DNA of 54,361 nucleotides from a virus (Duplodnaviria; Heunggongvirae; Uroviricota; Caudoviricetes): IMG/VR virus record IMGVR_UViG_2925919700_000001; one strand, 5' to 3'. Shown piece by piece: positions 22,305 to 31,924 of this stretch (position 1 is its first letter; each line of letters starts with the position of its first letter). The notes under the pieces were generated by a model. It saw only the letters and a program-made list of their open reading frames with translations, ran no database searches and was not told where the DNA came from. The position numbers and the translations under genes were made by a program.

Positions 22305-23407
22305 CCTCCGGAAGTCAGCCAGGGGTTAACATCGTCAGTTACTGTTTTCTTCCGTTTTTGTTTTTTAACAGGCGTGGATACCGGTTCCGGTGAGGATGAC
22401 GGTTCGGTACTGTCCTGGACACACTCCAGCCAGGTTTCCCGGCTCGCCCACTCCGGTGCATCCGGCCAGCGGATCTTTTCGTATCCATGCAGAATGACCA
22501 GAGCCTCGGCATACACCATCAGGTCAAAAGCTTCGTTGGCACCGCGACCCGGCTTACTCCATTTCCCGTCACTGCTCCGCTCTTCATACGTCAGTTCGTC
22601 GTAAAACCAGCTCCCCAGCCAGTCAGGGAAATGCACATAGCCGGGACCTGGCGAGTCACGCCATAACGCGTTATTCACCCGGTCTTTCAGTACATCCGTC
22701 TGAAGAAGCCAGAGCGGCACATCACCTGCGGCCTGCGCCCGTCGGCCCGTTCGTCCGGTGTTATCAGGGAATGTACGGGTGATCAGTTTTGCGCGCCGGA
22801 TGCTGTCGCCCTTAAACAGGTAAATACGTTTACCAAGGCCATCACGACGGCAACGACGCCAGAATTTATAGGCATTATCAGTGACCCCGTCTTCACCGCC
22901 GGAGTCCACCGCCATTGCCATCAGTCGCATTTGTTGAGAAGGATCGGAGGCCAGCGGCCAGCTTTTATGAAAAACATCCGTCAGCAGGACATCCCAGTCT
23001 TCCGGATAGCTGGCCGGATCAATTCGCTGGCTCTCCCCGTCGCTGTCACCGCGCAATGACTGCGTGATGTTGTAACGATCAATAATCCAGCGTTCGCCAC
23101 GGCTGCCATAGCCCGTTACCTGAACCACAAAACGGCGATGACGTCCCGCCTGCACATCCACTGTCGCCACAAGGAAATTAACGCCATCCGGCACACTGCG
23201 GGAAGGAACTGGCTCTGCCCGCTGCTCAAGCAGTTCACTTTTTCGTTGCTCCATGCTGGCGCGGGGAAGATAAGGTAATCCCCAGTCGGTATTGATAACC
23301 GTCTTGAGTGTTTCTTCACTTCCGGTTGTCTCGTATTCCTGTTCTGCAGTAAGCAGTTTGTAAACGAGTTGCGAGAGTGTCTGGTAAGCAGCTGCCGGAC
23401 CCTCCAT
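22295..23407 (-). pseudogene. terL: Terminase large subunit, C-terminal (nuclease-domain) portion, split from its N-terminal half by the 11.3 kb insertion
   Basis: Matches the lambda gpA C-terminal half (VATVDVQ...WIIDR...); begins ...SSWM-EGPAAAYQ exactly where the N-terminal fragment at 34695 ends (...ASFWM-stop). Confidence 0.7.
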
Positions 23408-23416
23408 CCAGGAAGA
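23397..23416. repeat. Left copy of imperfect 20-bp direct repeat flanking the insertion (att-like)
   Basis: GGACCCTCCATCCAGGAAGA here versus GTACCCTACATCCAGAATGA at 34690-34709 (16/20 identical); both overlap the terL TGG-ATG codons. Confidence 0.5.
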
Positions 23417-23716
23417 AGTAAATAAAAGGTAACTAAATGATTATAAGGTACTATTGAGTTATGCCCCCTACAACATAGTCCCAGATTTAGTACCTGCTTA
23501 AGCGATAAAAAAGCAAAAAAGGAAGCAATATTAATTATTGCCGCTATGCATGATCACAATGACAAATCAGAGGCGGAATTCCGCCCTCGGTACTCACATA
23601 TGAGAAACGATATTTCTTCCACCGATACCCTTTATTTGGGTATCGCGAGTAAGCCCCAAAATCTGGGTGTTACTCTTACTACCCAAACTACGGGTAGTTT
23701 CCGTAATTTCATGGTC

Positions 23717-23736
23717 GAGTTGCAGATCTGCAACTC
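23717..23736. repeat. Perfect 20-bp palindrome GAGTTGCAGATCTGCAACTC in the noncoding end of the insertion
   Basis: Read directly from the sequence; sits in a ~370-bp noncoding stretch between the terL C-fragment and the 95-aa ORF. Confidence 0.6.
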
Positions 23737-23781
23737 ACCCACCAGCCAACGCAATTTTGCGTTATCGGGAATATCAGCAAG

Positions 23782-24069
23782 TTACCGCCGCAGCCGTTCC
23801 GGCTTCTTCCACTGGTAAGTATTTTTCACGCTCTCCCTCCGCTGTTGAGAACGGCGACGGCATGCCAGCAACTCAAGAACTCTGGTTCGTATGTTGCGCA
23901 TATCCACGCCGTTAAGCTCAATACCGTCACGGCGCATCACCTCAGTCACCACACGCGCGTAATTTTCAGCGGTGACTGTATCCGGCTGCGCGGCCTGTTC
24001 GTCAGCCAACTGGCTGATTCCACCAGCACAGCGGATTAATCGCAGTATTTCAGATTCGGTCATTATCAT
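23782..24069 (-). CDS. Hypothetical 95-aa protein translationally coupled to terS in the position normally occupied by terL
   Basis: ATGA overlap with the terS stop; not similar to the terL N-terminus found at 34695-35690. Confidence 0.4.
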   Translation of the reverse strand: MIMTESEILRLIRCAGGISQLADEQAAQPDTVTAENYARVVTEVMRRDGIELNGVDMRNIRTRVLELLACRRRSQQRRESVKNTYQWKKPERLRR

Positions 24070-24551
24070 GCCTGTTTTGCGACCTCATTCACTACGTCAT
24101 TTTTTACCATCCGGCTGATAATCTGATTACGCAAATCGTCAATAATTGACTGCACTCTGTTTACTGCCATCGTTTTAAGCCCGGCATCACGTGCCAGAAT
24201 ATTGGGGAGTTTTGCCAGTTCCTCGCTTACGATTTCCCCCCATATAGCCATCTCTTTTCGCACATCATCGGCGGGTATGAGTTGCGCCGTTTCCTGTTCG
24301 AACTTGAGGCGCTCACGTTCGGACTGATACCAGGCCTTACGGTCATGTGGCTCCATTTCTTCCAGTGATGCCGGAACGGGAAGATCAAGAAAACAGGTCA
24401 GAATGTCAGTCACCCGATAGAGTTTCAGCTTGTCATGCCCTCCGGCTGGCTGGATGTTTTTCAGCCTTGCCGCCGCAGTCTGACGACATATTCCCGCTAT
24501 CGCCGCCAGTTGGTTAATGTTCAGCATCAGATTTTTCAGTTCTCGATCCAT
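24066..24551 (-). CDS. terS: Terminase small subunit (second, diverged copy A)
   Basis: MDRELKNLMLNINQLAAIAGICRQTAAARLKN... HTH N-terminus; paralogous to terS at 35690-36184, with identical 5' end and upstream DNA. Confidence 0.7.
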   Translation of the reverse strand: MDRELKNLMLNINQLAAIAGICRQTAAARLKNIQPAGGHDKLKLYRVTDILTCFLDLPVPASLEEMEPHDRKAWYQSERERLKFEQETAQLIPADDVRKEMAIWGEIVSEELAKLPNILARDAGLKTMAVNRVQSIIDDLRNQIISRMVKNDVVNEVAKQA

Positions 24552-24687
24552 ACCCGCTCCAGAATGTTTTAAACATGCATCTTGCGAACAACTTTCAGAA
24601 GAGGTCAAAAAATGCGCTATATGTTGAGCATAAAACAAGCAAAATTAACATACCAAAAATAAAAATACTTAAAATTCAATACTATAG

Positions 24688-24776
24688 AAAGATGATGATG
24701 ACGAATGAAAATGCAAAAACTAGCCTTTTTCCGCGCCGCTCCCGCCCCGTGGCAGGTCACTACACCGGGAGGACCC
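24688..24776 (-). other. cos-like packaging site copy 1 (lambda-type cosN core)
   Basis: Minus-strand ACGGGGCGGGAGCGGCGCGG resembles lambda cosN ACGGGGCGGCGACCTCGCGGG; lies upstream of terS; one of three near-identical copies. Confidence 0.6.
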
Positions 24777-24861
24777 ACCCAAAAAAGGCGACTGTCACTA
24801 TTGTTTATGCTCCATGAGCGACAAAACCGCCCGCAGGCGGTTTTACATAAAACGTTTTGTA

Positions 24862-25503
24862 TCAGCGACCAATCACCACAATCTGGCCGCCATCCCCTTC
24901 ATCTGCCGTGCTGATCTCTTGCGAAATCACCCGCGACCCGACGCGCATTTCACCGTACAGAACAGGCACAACATTGCCTTGGGCAACCATGTTATCCAGA
25001 GAGGAGAAATAGGTGTTCTGCTTACCGTTATCCGTGGTGCTGGCTGTTGCTGTGCTGGCTTTCGGTGCCAGCATCTGTGCAACACCACCAAGTGTCATCG
25101 CCGCCCCCATTGAAAAGAGAATGTCACTGAAAGCGATACTGATTCCTGGCATCCAGATTGCCGTAGCAATCAGCGCCGCACCAAGCACCGCCTGAAACAC
25201 GCCGCCACTTTTGGCACCAGCCAGACGCGGTACGATGTGGATCACGGCACCATTTTCCAGCGGCTCATTAAGACGGGCTGATAATTCGTTTTCGCCTGTA
25301 TCACGCCCGGCAATACGCACCTGATACCAACCATCGCTCAGTTTCTGACGAAACGCTGGGATCTGCATGGCCAGCGCCCGGATGGCTTCGGCCCCCGTTT
25401 TCACATGAAGATCGATGCGGCGGCCAAATCGTTGCAAATCCCCGTAAAGGCAGATGCGTGCCATGCCCGGTGACGCCAGAGGGAGTGTGTGCGTCGCTGC
25501 CAT
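24862..25503 (-). CDS. I: Tail assembly protein I, second copy
   Basis: 213 aa, near-identical ends to I at 10034-10681 with a variant central region; followed upstream by ~60 bp of the K 3' end, then homology breaks at ~25561. Confidence 0.75.
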   Translation of the reverse strand: MAATHTLPLASPGMARICLYGDLQRFGRRIDLHVKTGAEAIRALAMQIPAFRQKLSDGWYQVRIAGRDTGENELSARLNEPLENGAVIHIVPRLAGAKSGGVFQAVLGAALIATAIWMPGISIAFSDILFSMGAAMTLGGVAQMLAPKASTATASTTDNGKQNTYFSSLDNMVAQGNVVPVLYGEMRVGSRVISQEISTADEGDGGQIVVIGR

Positions 25504-25592
25504 TTGTCGGTATACCTCTCTCGTTTGCTCAGTTGTTCAGGAATATGGTGCGGCAGCTCGCCGCCCCACGTGTTCAAAGTACCGCCTTGTTG

Positions 25593-27506
25593 TCATGCTC
25601 CATTCGATTTCAGCAATCCACGATAATCGAGGGCCGCGACACCTGCATCTATGCGCACCTTCCAGGCAACACCATCAACAGTAAAGCCCACCTGCTCCTC
25701 AAGATATGGCGTATCCATACCATCAAGATAAGCGACTTCTATTGTGTCCATCCCCTTAGCTGCGGCTACATACCATTCCTTGCTATTGGCTTTATCAAGA
25801 CGTGGCTCAACGATTACCTCCGCCATATCTTTCACCACGTTAATGATGCCGGGGTTCTGATTGATAGTGCCCCCGCCATCAACCGGAAAGAGTGATGACG
25901 ATGACAGAATGGCGCGATGTGCGGCAGACTCCAGTGCGGCGGGGACCAGGACAAATGCGGGGGTAATATTCAGCGAATCGCCGTTAGCGTCTTCCTGGAG
26001 GCGCATCAGCTTACGGGCTTCGTTAAGCCCCTCCATGTCCATATCCTTCGCAATAAGATTTTTATGATCGGCATGGAATAACGCTTTACCATCCGTAAAC
26101 TTGCCGTTGCTGGTTAACAGGAGATAAACCAGATTGCCAACTGTTCTGGCAGCTGCGCGTCCCATCGCCATGGGGATTGTAGTTAACTGGGTCAGGTCAT
26201 CGTTGATAATGGCCTGACGGGTAACGGAAAAAATATTCCCGTACGTGGCCAGCGCAATAGGTACACCTTTATCGCTGGTGGTGATGTATTTATATTCCGC
26301 GCCTTCCGGTACTTTATCCAGCTTTGAAAAACCATTCAGACCAACGCGCTTTGCTTCATGAAAGTTTGAAAGCGAACCGGTACGCGTCCATTTCTGGAAC
26401 GTTTCGCCGCTGTCCTGCCAGCCTTTCAGTACAGATTTTTCAGCCCCACCAGCCAGAATATGAGAAAAATCACTGCTGCTGTGTGTAAAAGCCGCATTAA
26501 CAACCTGCGAGCGATTAATAAAACCACTCACAGTGATACCACGATCAACCAGTGATGCCTGGGCCATTTCAAAAAGGCTCATCATCGCGTAAGGGTTGCC
26601 TCGTTCAGGGCGTTCATACCCAAGACGGGAATAAAGCCCCTGACGAATTGCATCACCTGTTATGTTTCCGTTACCGGCATAAATATGAGCCGGGGTATTT
26701 TTATTGGATGGCGTGGACTCGCGCCCCATCTCGTTCAACAGCTTTTCGCGGGCCATTTCCGGTGTACATGATGCATCTTCCAGACACGCCATTTTGATCC
26801 CGTCGTAACGACTGCCGAACAGGCTAAACACTTCACTTATTCCATTGATGCGCTTCTGTTCATTACCAGCAATATTGGCTGCTCCCTGTGGCGGGGTAAT
26901 CATTCCTTTAATGGTTTCCGGCATGTGTGAAAAATCTCCTGTGCGTTTCGATTCAATTCGCGCCATTGCTGTGACAGATGGCAACAACTCATCAGCAAAA
27001 CCGTGTTTAAGGCATTCTTTCCCGTCCATCCAGGTTTCATCTTCCAGCATGGCGGCAATTTCCTGTGCTGATTTGCCCGTTTTTCTGGCATAAGCAGGGA
27101 TTAACACGGTTTCCACTTTATCCAGCAAATCAGCATAATCACGCATATCGCCAGCATTTCCGCCAGAGATACCCCACGGCTTATGGATCATCATCATGGC
27201 GTTCTCTGGCATAACAACGCGATCGCCAGCCATTGCGACGACCGAAGCCATTGAAGCCGCCACGCCATCGATATAAACCGTAATGTCTGCCGGATGATTC
27301 CGTAGCAGGTTATAGATGGCGATACCTTCAAACACGTCGCCACCTGGTGAATGGATCCTCAGATTGATATGTGAAACATCACCAAGGGCTTTCAGGTCTT
27401 CCGCGAACTGCTTTGCAGTAACACCGAAGCCGCCAATCTCCTCATAGATGGATATTTCTGCCGTTCCGCGAACATCCGCCGCCTTAATGGTGTACCAGCG
27501 ATTCAT
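25593..27506 (-). CDS. Prohead protease fused to major capsid protein, second diverged copy
   Basis: 637 aa; same architecture as 18606-20564 but diverged, with a near-identical ~90-bp patch (LLNEMGRESTPSNKNTPAHIYAGNGN) indicating mosaic recombination. Confidence 0.7.
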   Translation of the reverse strand: MNRWYTIKAADVRGTAEISIYEEIGGFGVTAKQFAEDLKALGDVSHINLRIHSPGGDVFEGIAIYNLLRNHPADITVYIDGVAASMASVVAMAGDRVVMPENAMMMIHKPWGISGGNAGDMRDYADLLDKVETVLIPAYARKTGKSAQEIAAMLEDETWMDGKECLKHGFADELLPSVTAMARIESKRTGDFSHMPETIKGMITPPQGAANIAGNEQKRINGISEVFSLFGSRYDGIKMACLEDASCTPEMAREKLLNEMGRESTPSNKNTPAHIYAGNGNITGDAIRQGLYSRLGYERPERGNPYAMMSLFEMAQASLVDRGITVSGFINRSQVVNAAFTHSSSDFSHILAGGAEKSVLKGWQDSGETFQKWTRTGSLSNFHEAKRVGLNGFSKLDKVPEGAEYKYITTSDKGVPIALATYGNIFSVTRQAIINDDLTQLTTIPMAMGRAAARTVGNLVYLLLTSNGKFTDGKALFHADHKNLIAKDMDMEGLNEARKLMRLQEDANGDSLNITPAFVLVPAALESAAHRAILSSSSLFPVDGGGTINQNPGIINVVKDMAEVIVEPRLDKANSKEWYVAAAKGMDTIEVAYLDGMDTPYLEEQVGFTVDGVAWKVRIDAGVAALDYRGLLKSNGA

Positions 27507-27712
27507 TGTTCCCCCACCGATGCAAAACCATTCTGATTAAGCCAGGTGTTTACGGCATGCCTGACAATCTGCGCCACACCCGGTAATGGTTGGTCAGGAT
27601 GATGATTTATGTGGTCGATCCTGTACTGCTTAAGGCGCATAACGGTCTGCGCATCCAGATGAACGGAACCACCTTTTACCTCGCCTGTGTTCAGGTCGTT
27701 AATACAATTCAC
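27503..27712 (-). CDS. Hypothetical 69-aa protein coupled to the capsid gene
   Basis: ATGA overlap with the start of the downstream capsid gene. Confidence 0.3.
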   Translation of the reverse strand: MNCINDLNTGEVKGGSVHLDAQTVMRLKQYRIDHINHHPDQPLPGVAQIVRHAVNTWLNQNGFASVGEQ

Positions 27713-28024
27713 AGTAACTTCCTCTTACTGACTAAACTGCGCGCATTATTGATCGATAAAAGTGGTAGATAAATATATTTCTATCATAAAAACAGATTGA
27801 TCAGATTCAGACACAAAAAAGCCGGAAAAAATCCGGCATAAATATCCCGCCATCTGAACACGTTTTGACACAGGCAACTCCACCAGGCAGGTGAAAGTCA
27901 GATTTATTTATATATTTCAATTAATTACAAACTGGTCTAATGACAGGGAGAAAAAAAGATTGTACAGGTGAAAGCGGAAATAACTTTTAATTATCAATAA
28001 ATTATCACACATGCTGCCGCCGCC

Positions 28025-28096
28025 ATGAAAATGCAAAAACCAGCCTTTTTCCGCGACGCTCCCGCCCCGTGGCAGGTCACTACACCGGGAGGACCC
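28025..28096 (-). other. cos-like packaging site copy 2 (inside the satellite)
   Basis: Same ~72-bp conserved core as copies 1 and 3 (ATGAAAATGCAAAAACCAGCCTTTTTCCGCGACGCTCCCGCCCCGTGGCAGGTCACTACACCGGGAGGACCC). Confidence 0.55.
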
Positions 28097-28136
28097 ATAA
28101 AAAAGCCGGATTGCTCCGGCTTCTGTTACTCGTTGC

Positions 28137-28559
28137 TTAAAACGGTATGTTATCCCCGTACGGATCATCATTTCCCGCCTGTTGTTTTGCTCTGCTCAGT
28201 GCATCAGTAGCCTGCCCCTGTTGGCCTTTTTTGCCGCCCGGTCGCGCCGTTCTCGCACTGATTACGCTGTCTGCGATAACCTGCCAGCCCTGCCGCGTCT
28301 CCCCGTTCTGTCCGGTCCACTGGCTCACCTGCATGTTACCCGCCACGCTCAGGAGTTCACCCTTGCGGTGCTTTGCCAGTGCTTCGGCCTGTCTGCCAAA
28401 CGCCAGGACGGATAACCACATCGTCGCCGTTCCGTCATCTGCCTGGCTGCACGGAAGTGGGACCGCCATACTCGCCATCGTCATTTGTGTACCCTTGCTG
28501 GTGGTCTTTAACTGCGGGTCAGCCACCAGCCGCCCGTAAGCCGCTATCTGTGCTGTCAT
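28137..28559 (-). CDS. ssb: Single-stranded DNA-binding protein (SSB-like, acidic C-terminal ...DNIPF tip)
   Basis: 140 aa; OB-fold-like N-terminal region, Gly/Gln-rich linker, and a C-terminus ending DDPYGDNIPF, reminiscent of the SSB DDDIPF tail. Confidence 0.6.
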   Translation of the reverse strand: MTAQIAAYGRLVADPQLKTTSKGTQMTMASMAVPLPCSQADDGTATMWLSVLAFGRQAEALAKHRKGELLSVAGNMQVSQWTGQNGETRQGWQVIADSVISARTARPGGKKGQQGQATDALSRAKQQAGNDDPYGDNIPF

Positions 28560-28801
28560 GCTGTCTGCTCTCCGGTTTTAACGTTGATGGTTGTCACCTG
28601 TTCCGCTTCGGCAATCTCCCGTTCTGTCAGCGTGGCAAAGTTTGCAGCTGCCGTTGTCATGAATGAGCTAATCAGTTCGGGATGTGCTTTCGCATATCCT
28701 TCCCCGGCGTTGCGGTCGATGATTTTTATCGACACCCTTAACCAGTGTTCCGTCAAATCAAGGGCGTGCGATTGTGATTTTTTTGTGTGCTTCGCTGTCA
28801 T
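28556..28801 (-). CDS. Hypothetical 81-aa protein
   Basis: ORF coupled to ssb, between the iteron origin and ssb. Confidence 0.3.
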   Translation of the reverse strand: MTAKHTKKSQSHALDLTEHWLRVSIKIIDRNAGEGYAKAHPELISSFMTTAAANFATLTEREIAEAEQVTTINVKTGEQTA

Positions 28802-28853
28802 AGGCTTTATCTCACAGCAGTAAATTAAAATTTTTGCGTTTTAACCCTTCACC

Positions 28854-29074
28854 TGTTCACCTTTTGATATTTTATCTTTTAATTCATAATGTTAAGGGGT
28901 GAACAGTTTCACAAAAACTATTCACCAACTGTTCACCACTGTTCACCCTTGAAGCTCAATAAACAATCAAAAAGGTGAACAGTGAATAGTTTGGTGAACA
29001 GTTCATAAATAACTGTTCACCCTATAACATACTGATACAAAAGATATTTATGACAGGGTGAACAGTGGTGAACA
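28854..29074. repeat. Iteron cluster: at least 9 copies of TGTTCACC / GGTGAACA in both orientations (P4-type ori/crr-like)
   Basis: Octamers at 28854, 28898, 28930, 28940, 28974, 28993, 29024, 29057 and 29067, immediately downstream of the primase gene. Confidence 0.75.
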
Positions 29075-29088
29075 GTTATTCCATAAGT

Positions 29089-30921
29089 TTAATTTTTGCT
29101 ATCGTCATTAGTGACCGATACACATGATGGCATCCAGTCTTCTGATTCCTCCGTCAGTGTCACGTTTGAACGCAAACCGTGCTTCGTTTTCCGTTTCATA
29201 TACTCCCTGCCATATTCCGCCATTGCCCCCGGCATATCTTTACCGAAGCGCGTCAGTGTTACAGGTTTACCAAACCCATGTGCCCTCATATAAGCCAGAT
29301 AGGCATGATAGAGATACCTGCGTGGGCTGAATGGCACAATTTCAGCATTACCCACTAACAGGCCATCACACATTACCGACGCCATGAGATAGCCGCAGAA
29401 GTCCACCAGCGAATCCCCCTCTCGCTTTATCGCCAGTGCTTCTTCAGATTTCTGCTGCTCATATAACAGGCGTCTGGCTTCGTCCTGGTCAGCAAACCGT
29501 GTAAGCAGATGGCGAATCACTACCGCCAGCTCACCTTCTATTTTTTCCGCCAGCATTGGATCGCGTTCGTTCTCCGGTACAACTTCCGAAAAATTGAATA
29601 TCACCCGACGACGTGAGATCCCCCCGCTGCGGTCACTGAATGACATGGCGTTATTGTTAACCGCCAGCACTACTGCCGGAATACGCGTTGAGTAGGGGGC
29701 TTTGTGTTTCGGGTCAATTGCCACCTTGTCACCGCCTGTAATGGCCTTAATTCCTGCCCCATCACCAGCGTAGCGGGTCATATCCGGCATGATAATCAGC
29801 GAAAAGCCAACCACTAACGCGCGTTCCCTTGCATCTTCCAGCGCCTTCATGCTTGCCGATACTGTGTTGGCCTTACCCGCCAGCATGGTGCAAATCTCCG
29901 CCATCACGCTTTTACCACTTCCCCCTGGACCTGTTACCTCAATGAATAACTGCCAGTCGTACCGGTTCGCCAGCACCATGAATAATGCAGCCAGTACGCG
30001 ATCCGCCTTGCGGTCATTCTCAGCCACCGAACGGCGTAACCACTTCCAGAAATTCGGCGCATGTGTTGCCAGCGTTTCCCCCTCTGCTGGTGGGCTGAAA
30101 GGTAATTCACTGGCAATTAACAACCAGTCGTTTTTGTTATGCTCCCGAAAATTACCTGTTCTGGTATCAAATACCCCGTTACTGAATCCAATCAGGTTAC
30201 GGGCTGTATTCCCCATAACAGGCAAACTTAACTTCATGGTATCGACCGCCGATTTAATGGCGTTCTGCGAATAGCTGATCTCCGCATCAATGAAAATCTG
30301 TGCCATAGCTCGCTGTAATTCTTTATCCTGTACTGGCTCCCATACAACGCCGTTGTAATGGTGAACAGTGTCAGAGTCAGCATGAATCGCCAGTTCACCG
30401 CCATAATGTGCCAGGAGAACTTCGCCGCGTTGACTTGCTCCCATCTGGTTAAGCGCCAGTGATGAAGCGTTATCGTCTTTTACCCGCTCTTTTTTCTTTA
30501 CAGGCAGTTCAACTACCTTTTTCTTTTCCGCCTGCTCTGCCCGTTCACGTTCCAGATATTCGCGCCAGTTCTCCCGTTTCTGGCTGTGCATTCCTTCAGG
30601 GTAATAATCAGCATCCCTGACACCTGCCGCTGCCAGTTTCTGCCCGATGGTATTAACAAGCCCCGGACGCAATAACCCCGCCTGGTAGAGACGCACGCGA
30701 TAGCGTCCGTCCGGTACGATTTGCAGGTTGTCCAGTTCGGCAAGTTGTTGCTCTCCAAGCCAGACAGGTGGCACGTTATCGCCAGCCAGTCGCCCGTCCT
30801 GTTCCTGCCACTGCTTCGCATGTGCCCACGCATCACTACCCGCAAAAATGATGACTTCCGTCATTTTGTCACGCGGCTGGTGTTTTAAATTTGGCGCTTT
30901 TTTCATTTCGGCTCTCTCCAC
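29089..30921 (-). CDS. Primase-helicase (P4 alpha-like / D5-type, P-loop NTPase)
   Basis: 610 aa; Walker A GPGGSGKS and Walker B-like region; adjacent to cognate-looking iterons as in P4. Confidence 0.65.
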   Translation of the reverse strand: MERAEMKKAPNLKHQPRDKMTEVIIFAGSDAWAHAKQWQEQDGRLAGDNVPPVWLGEQQLAELDNLQIVPDGRYRVRLYQAGLLRPGLVNTIGQKLAAAGVRDADYYPEGMHSQKRENWREYLERERAEQAEKKKVVELPVKKKERVKDDNASSLALNQMGASQRGEVLLAHYGGELAIHADSDTVHHYNGVVWEPVQDKELQRAMAQIFIDAEISYSQNAIKSAVDTMKLSLPVMGNTARNLIGFSNGVFDTRTGNFREHNKNDWLLIASELPFSPPAEGETLATHAPNFWKWLRRSVAENDRKADRVLAALFMVLANRYDWQLFIEVTGPGGSGKSVMAEICTMLAGKANTVSASMKALEDARERALVVGFSLIIMPDMTRYAGDGAGIKAITGGDKVAIDPKHKAPYSTRIPAVVLAVNNNAMSFSDRSGGISRRRVIFNFSEVVPENERDPMLAEKIEGELAVVIRHLLTRFADQDEARRLLYEQQKSEEALAIKREGDSLVDFCGYLMASVMCDGLLVGNAEIVPFSPRRYLYHAYLAYMRAHGFGKPVTLTRFGKDMPGAMAEYGREYMKRKTKHGLRSNVTLTEESEDWMPSCVSVTNDDSKN

Positions 30922-31202
30922 GCGGCAATCATGTTTTTCAGTTCCTGCAGTTTTTTATCCACATCCACACGTGACACATGGTTATTTCTGGAAGTCGGGA
31001 TTTCCCGCCGGAATCTGCTAATAAAGATCTCCACGTTCAGCGAACTATGAAATGAATAGCCATCACGAATAAAATACACACGGTCAAACATCAGTTCTTT
31101 TACCGTTACTCTGTTACCGTTCTTATCCAGATAAATAGCGCCGGGGATAATTTTGGGGTGTGCATAACCGCTGGCAGTCAAGCCAGATAAATATGTTCTC
31201 AT
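30903..31202 (-). CDS. Hypothetical satellite protein (99 aa)
   Basis: ORF only; no recognisable motif. Confidence 0.3.
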   Translation of the reverse strand: MRTYLSGLTASGYAHPKIIPGAIYLDKNGNRVTVKELMFDRVYFIRDGYSFHSSLNVEIFISRFRREIPTSRNNHVSRVDVDKKLQELKNMIAAWREPK

Positions 31203-31208
31203 GATTAT

Positions 31209-31529
31209 TTATCCCCGATTTGAATCAGTATTCGCTTTCTTTATGGCATTTAATGCATCTGTAGCATTTTCAATGGTGCACCGTAACGAAATATCAAACT
31301 GCCCAAGCATTGCCAGTAACAAACCGATATTACCCATATCAATGCGCATAGCCTTTTCGTCATAGTCCTCATTTTCTGACGCATGCCACATCAGGCTACC
31401 AATTGACGCAATACCCATTGATATATTGTCAGTAGCCCCATCCGCAGCGGAATAAACCTTTTTAGCAATATCATGCTCACAGTTAAAATGCGGATTAATC
31501 AGGTACTGGTAATTTGACATATCAGGCAT
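31209..31529 (-). CDS. Hypothetical satellite protein (106 aa)
   Basis: ORF only; no recognisable motif. Confidence 0.3.
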   Translation of the reverse strand: MPDMSNYQYLINPHFNCEHDIAKKVYSAADGATDNISMGIASIGSLMWHASENEDYDEKAMRIDMGNIGLLLAMLGQFDISLRCTIENATDALNAIKKANTDSNRG

Positions 31530-31821
31530 GGCACACCCCCTGACGAATACGGGCGGCGAATACCATCACGCAGCCAGCCGGGGATTGCTGCCGTGCTTCC
31601 TGTTCGCTGGTGGCCTCAATGGTAATCACGCGCGGTTGTGCCGTGCTCAGGGCGATAAAACGCCAGATGTATTTATTCAGGTTGTGCGAGTCCCGCCCTT
31701 GCGGGTGTGTGGTATGATTTCTCATAGCTACCTCGATACTATCGTTATCGTTGGTGGTTAGAAGCCCGTTGGTGTTGGTAGCACCTGCGGGCTTTGTCTT
31801 TTCATCGATTACCTCAATAAA

Positions 31822-31902
31822 GGTGTCAGCCACTATACTAGTAACAGGTGTCAGCCACGTCAATAGTGTTTTTCCATTTTCTTGTGTGTATACTGTCAGC
31901 CA
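31822..31902. promoter_or_regulatory. Operator-like triple direct repeat (G)TGTCAGCCAC in a divergent intergenic region of the satellite
   Basis: GGTGTCAGCCAC at 31822 and 31847, TGTCAGCCAC at 31893, just upstream of the RHH-like gene. Confidence 0.45.
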
Positions 31903-31924
31903 CCTAATAACAAGGAAATCAGAT

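Noticed and set aside
23397-23800. tRNA gene as integration target near the satellite ends
   Set aside because: P4-like integrases often target tRNA 3' ends, but no cloverleaf-compatible sequence (acceptor stem or T-loop GTTCRANNC motif) was seen at either junction; the junctions lie inside terL codons instead.
28854-29074. Possible CRISPR array suggested by closely spaced short repeats
   Set aside because: Repeats are 8-bp octamers in both orientations with irregular short spacing and no spacer architecture; this is an iteron origin. No CRISPR array was seen anywhere in the window.
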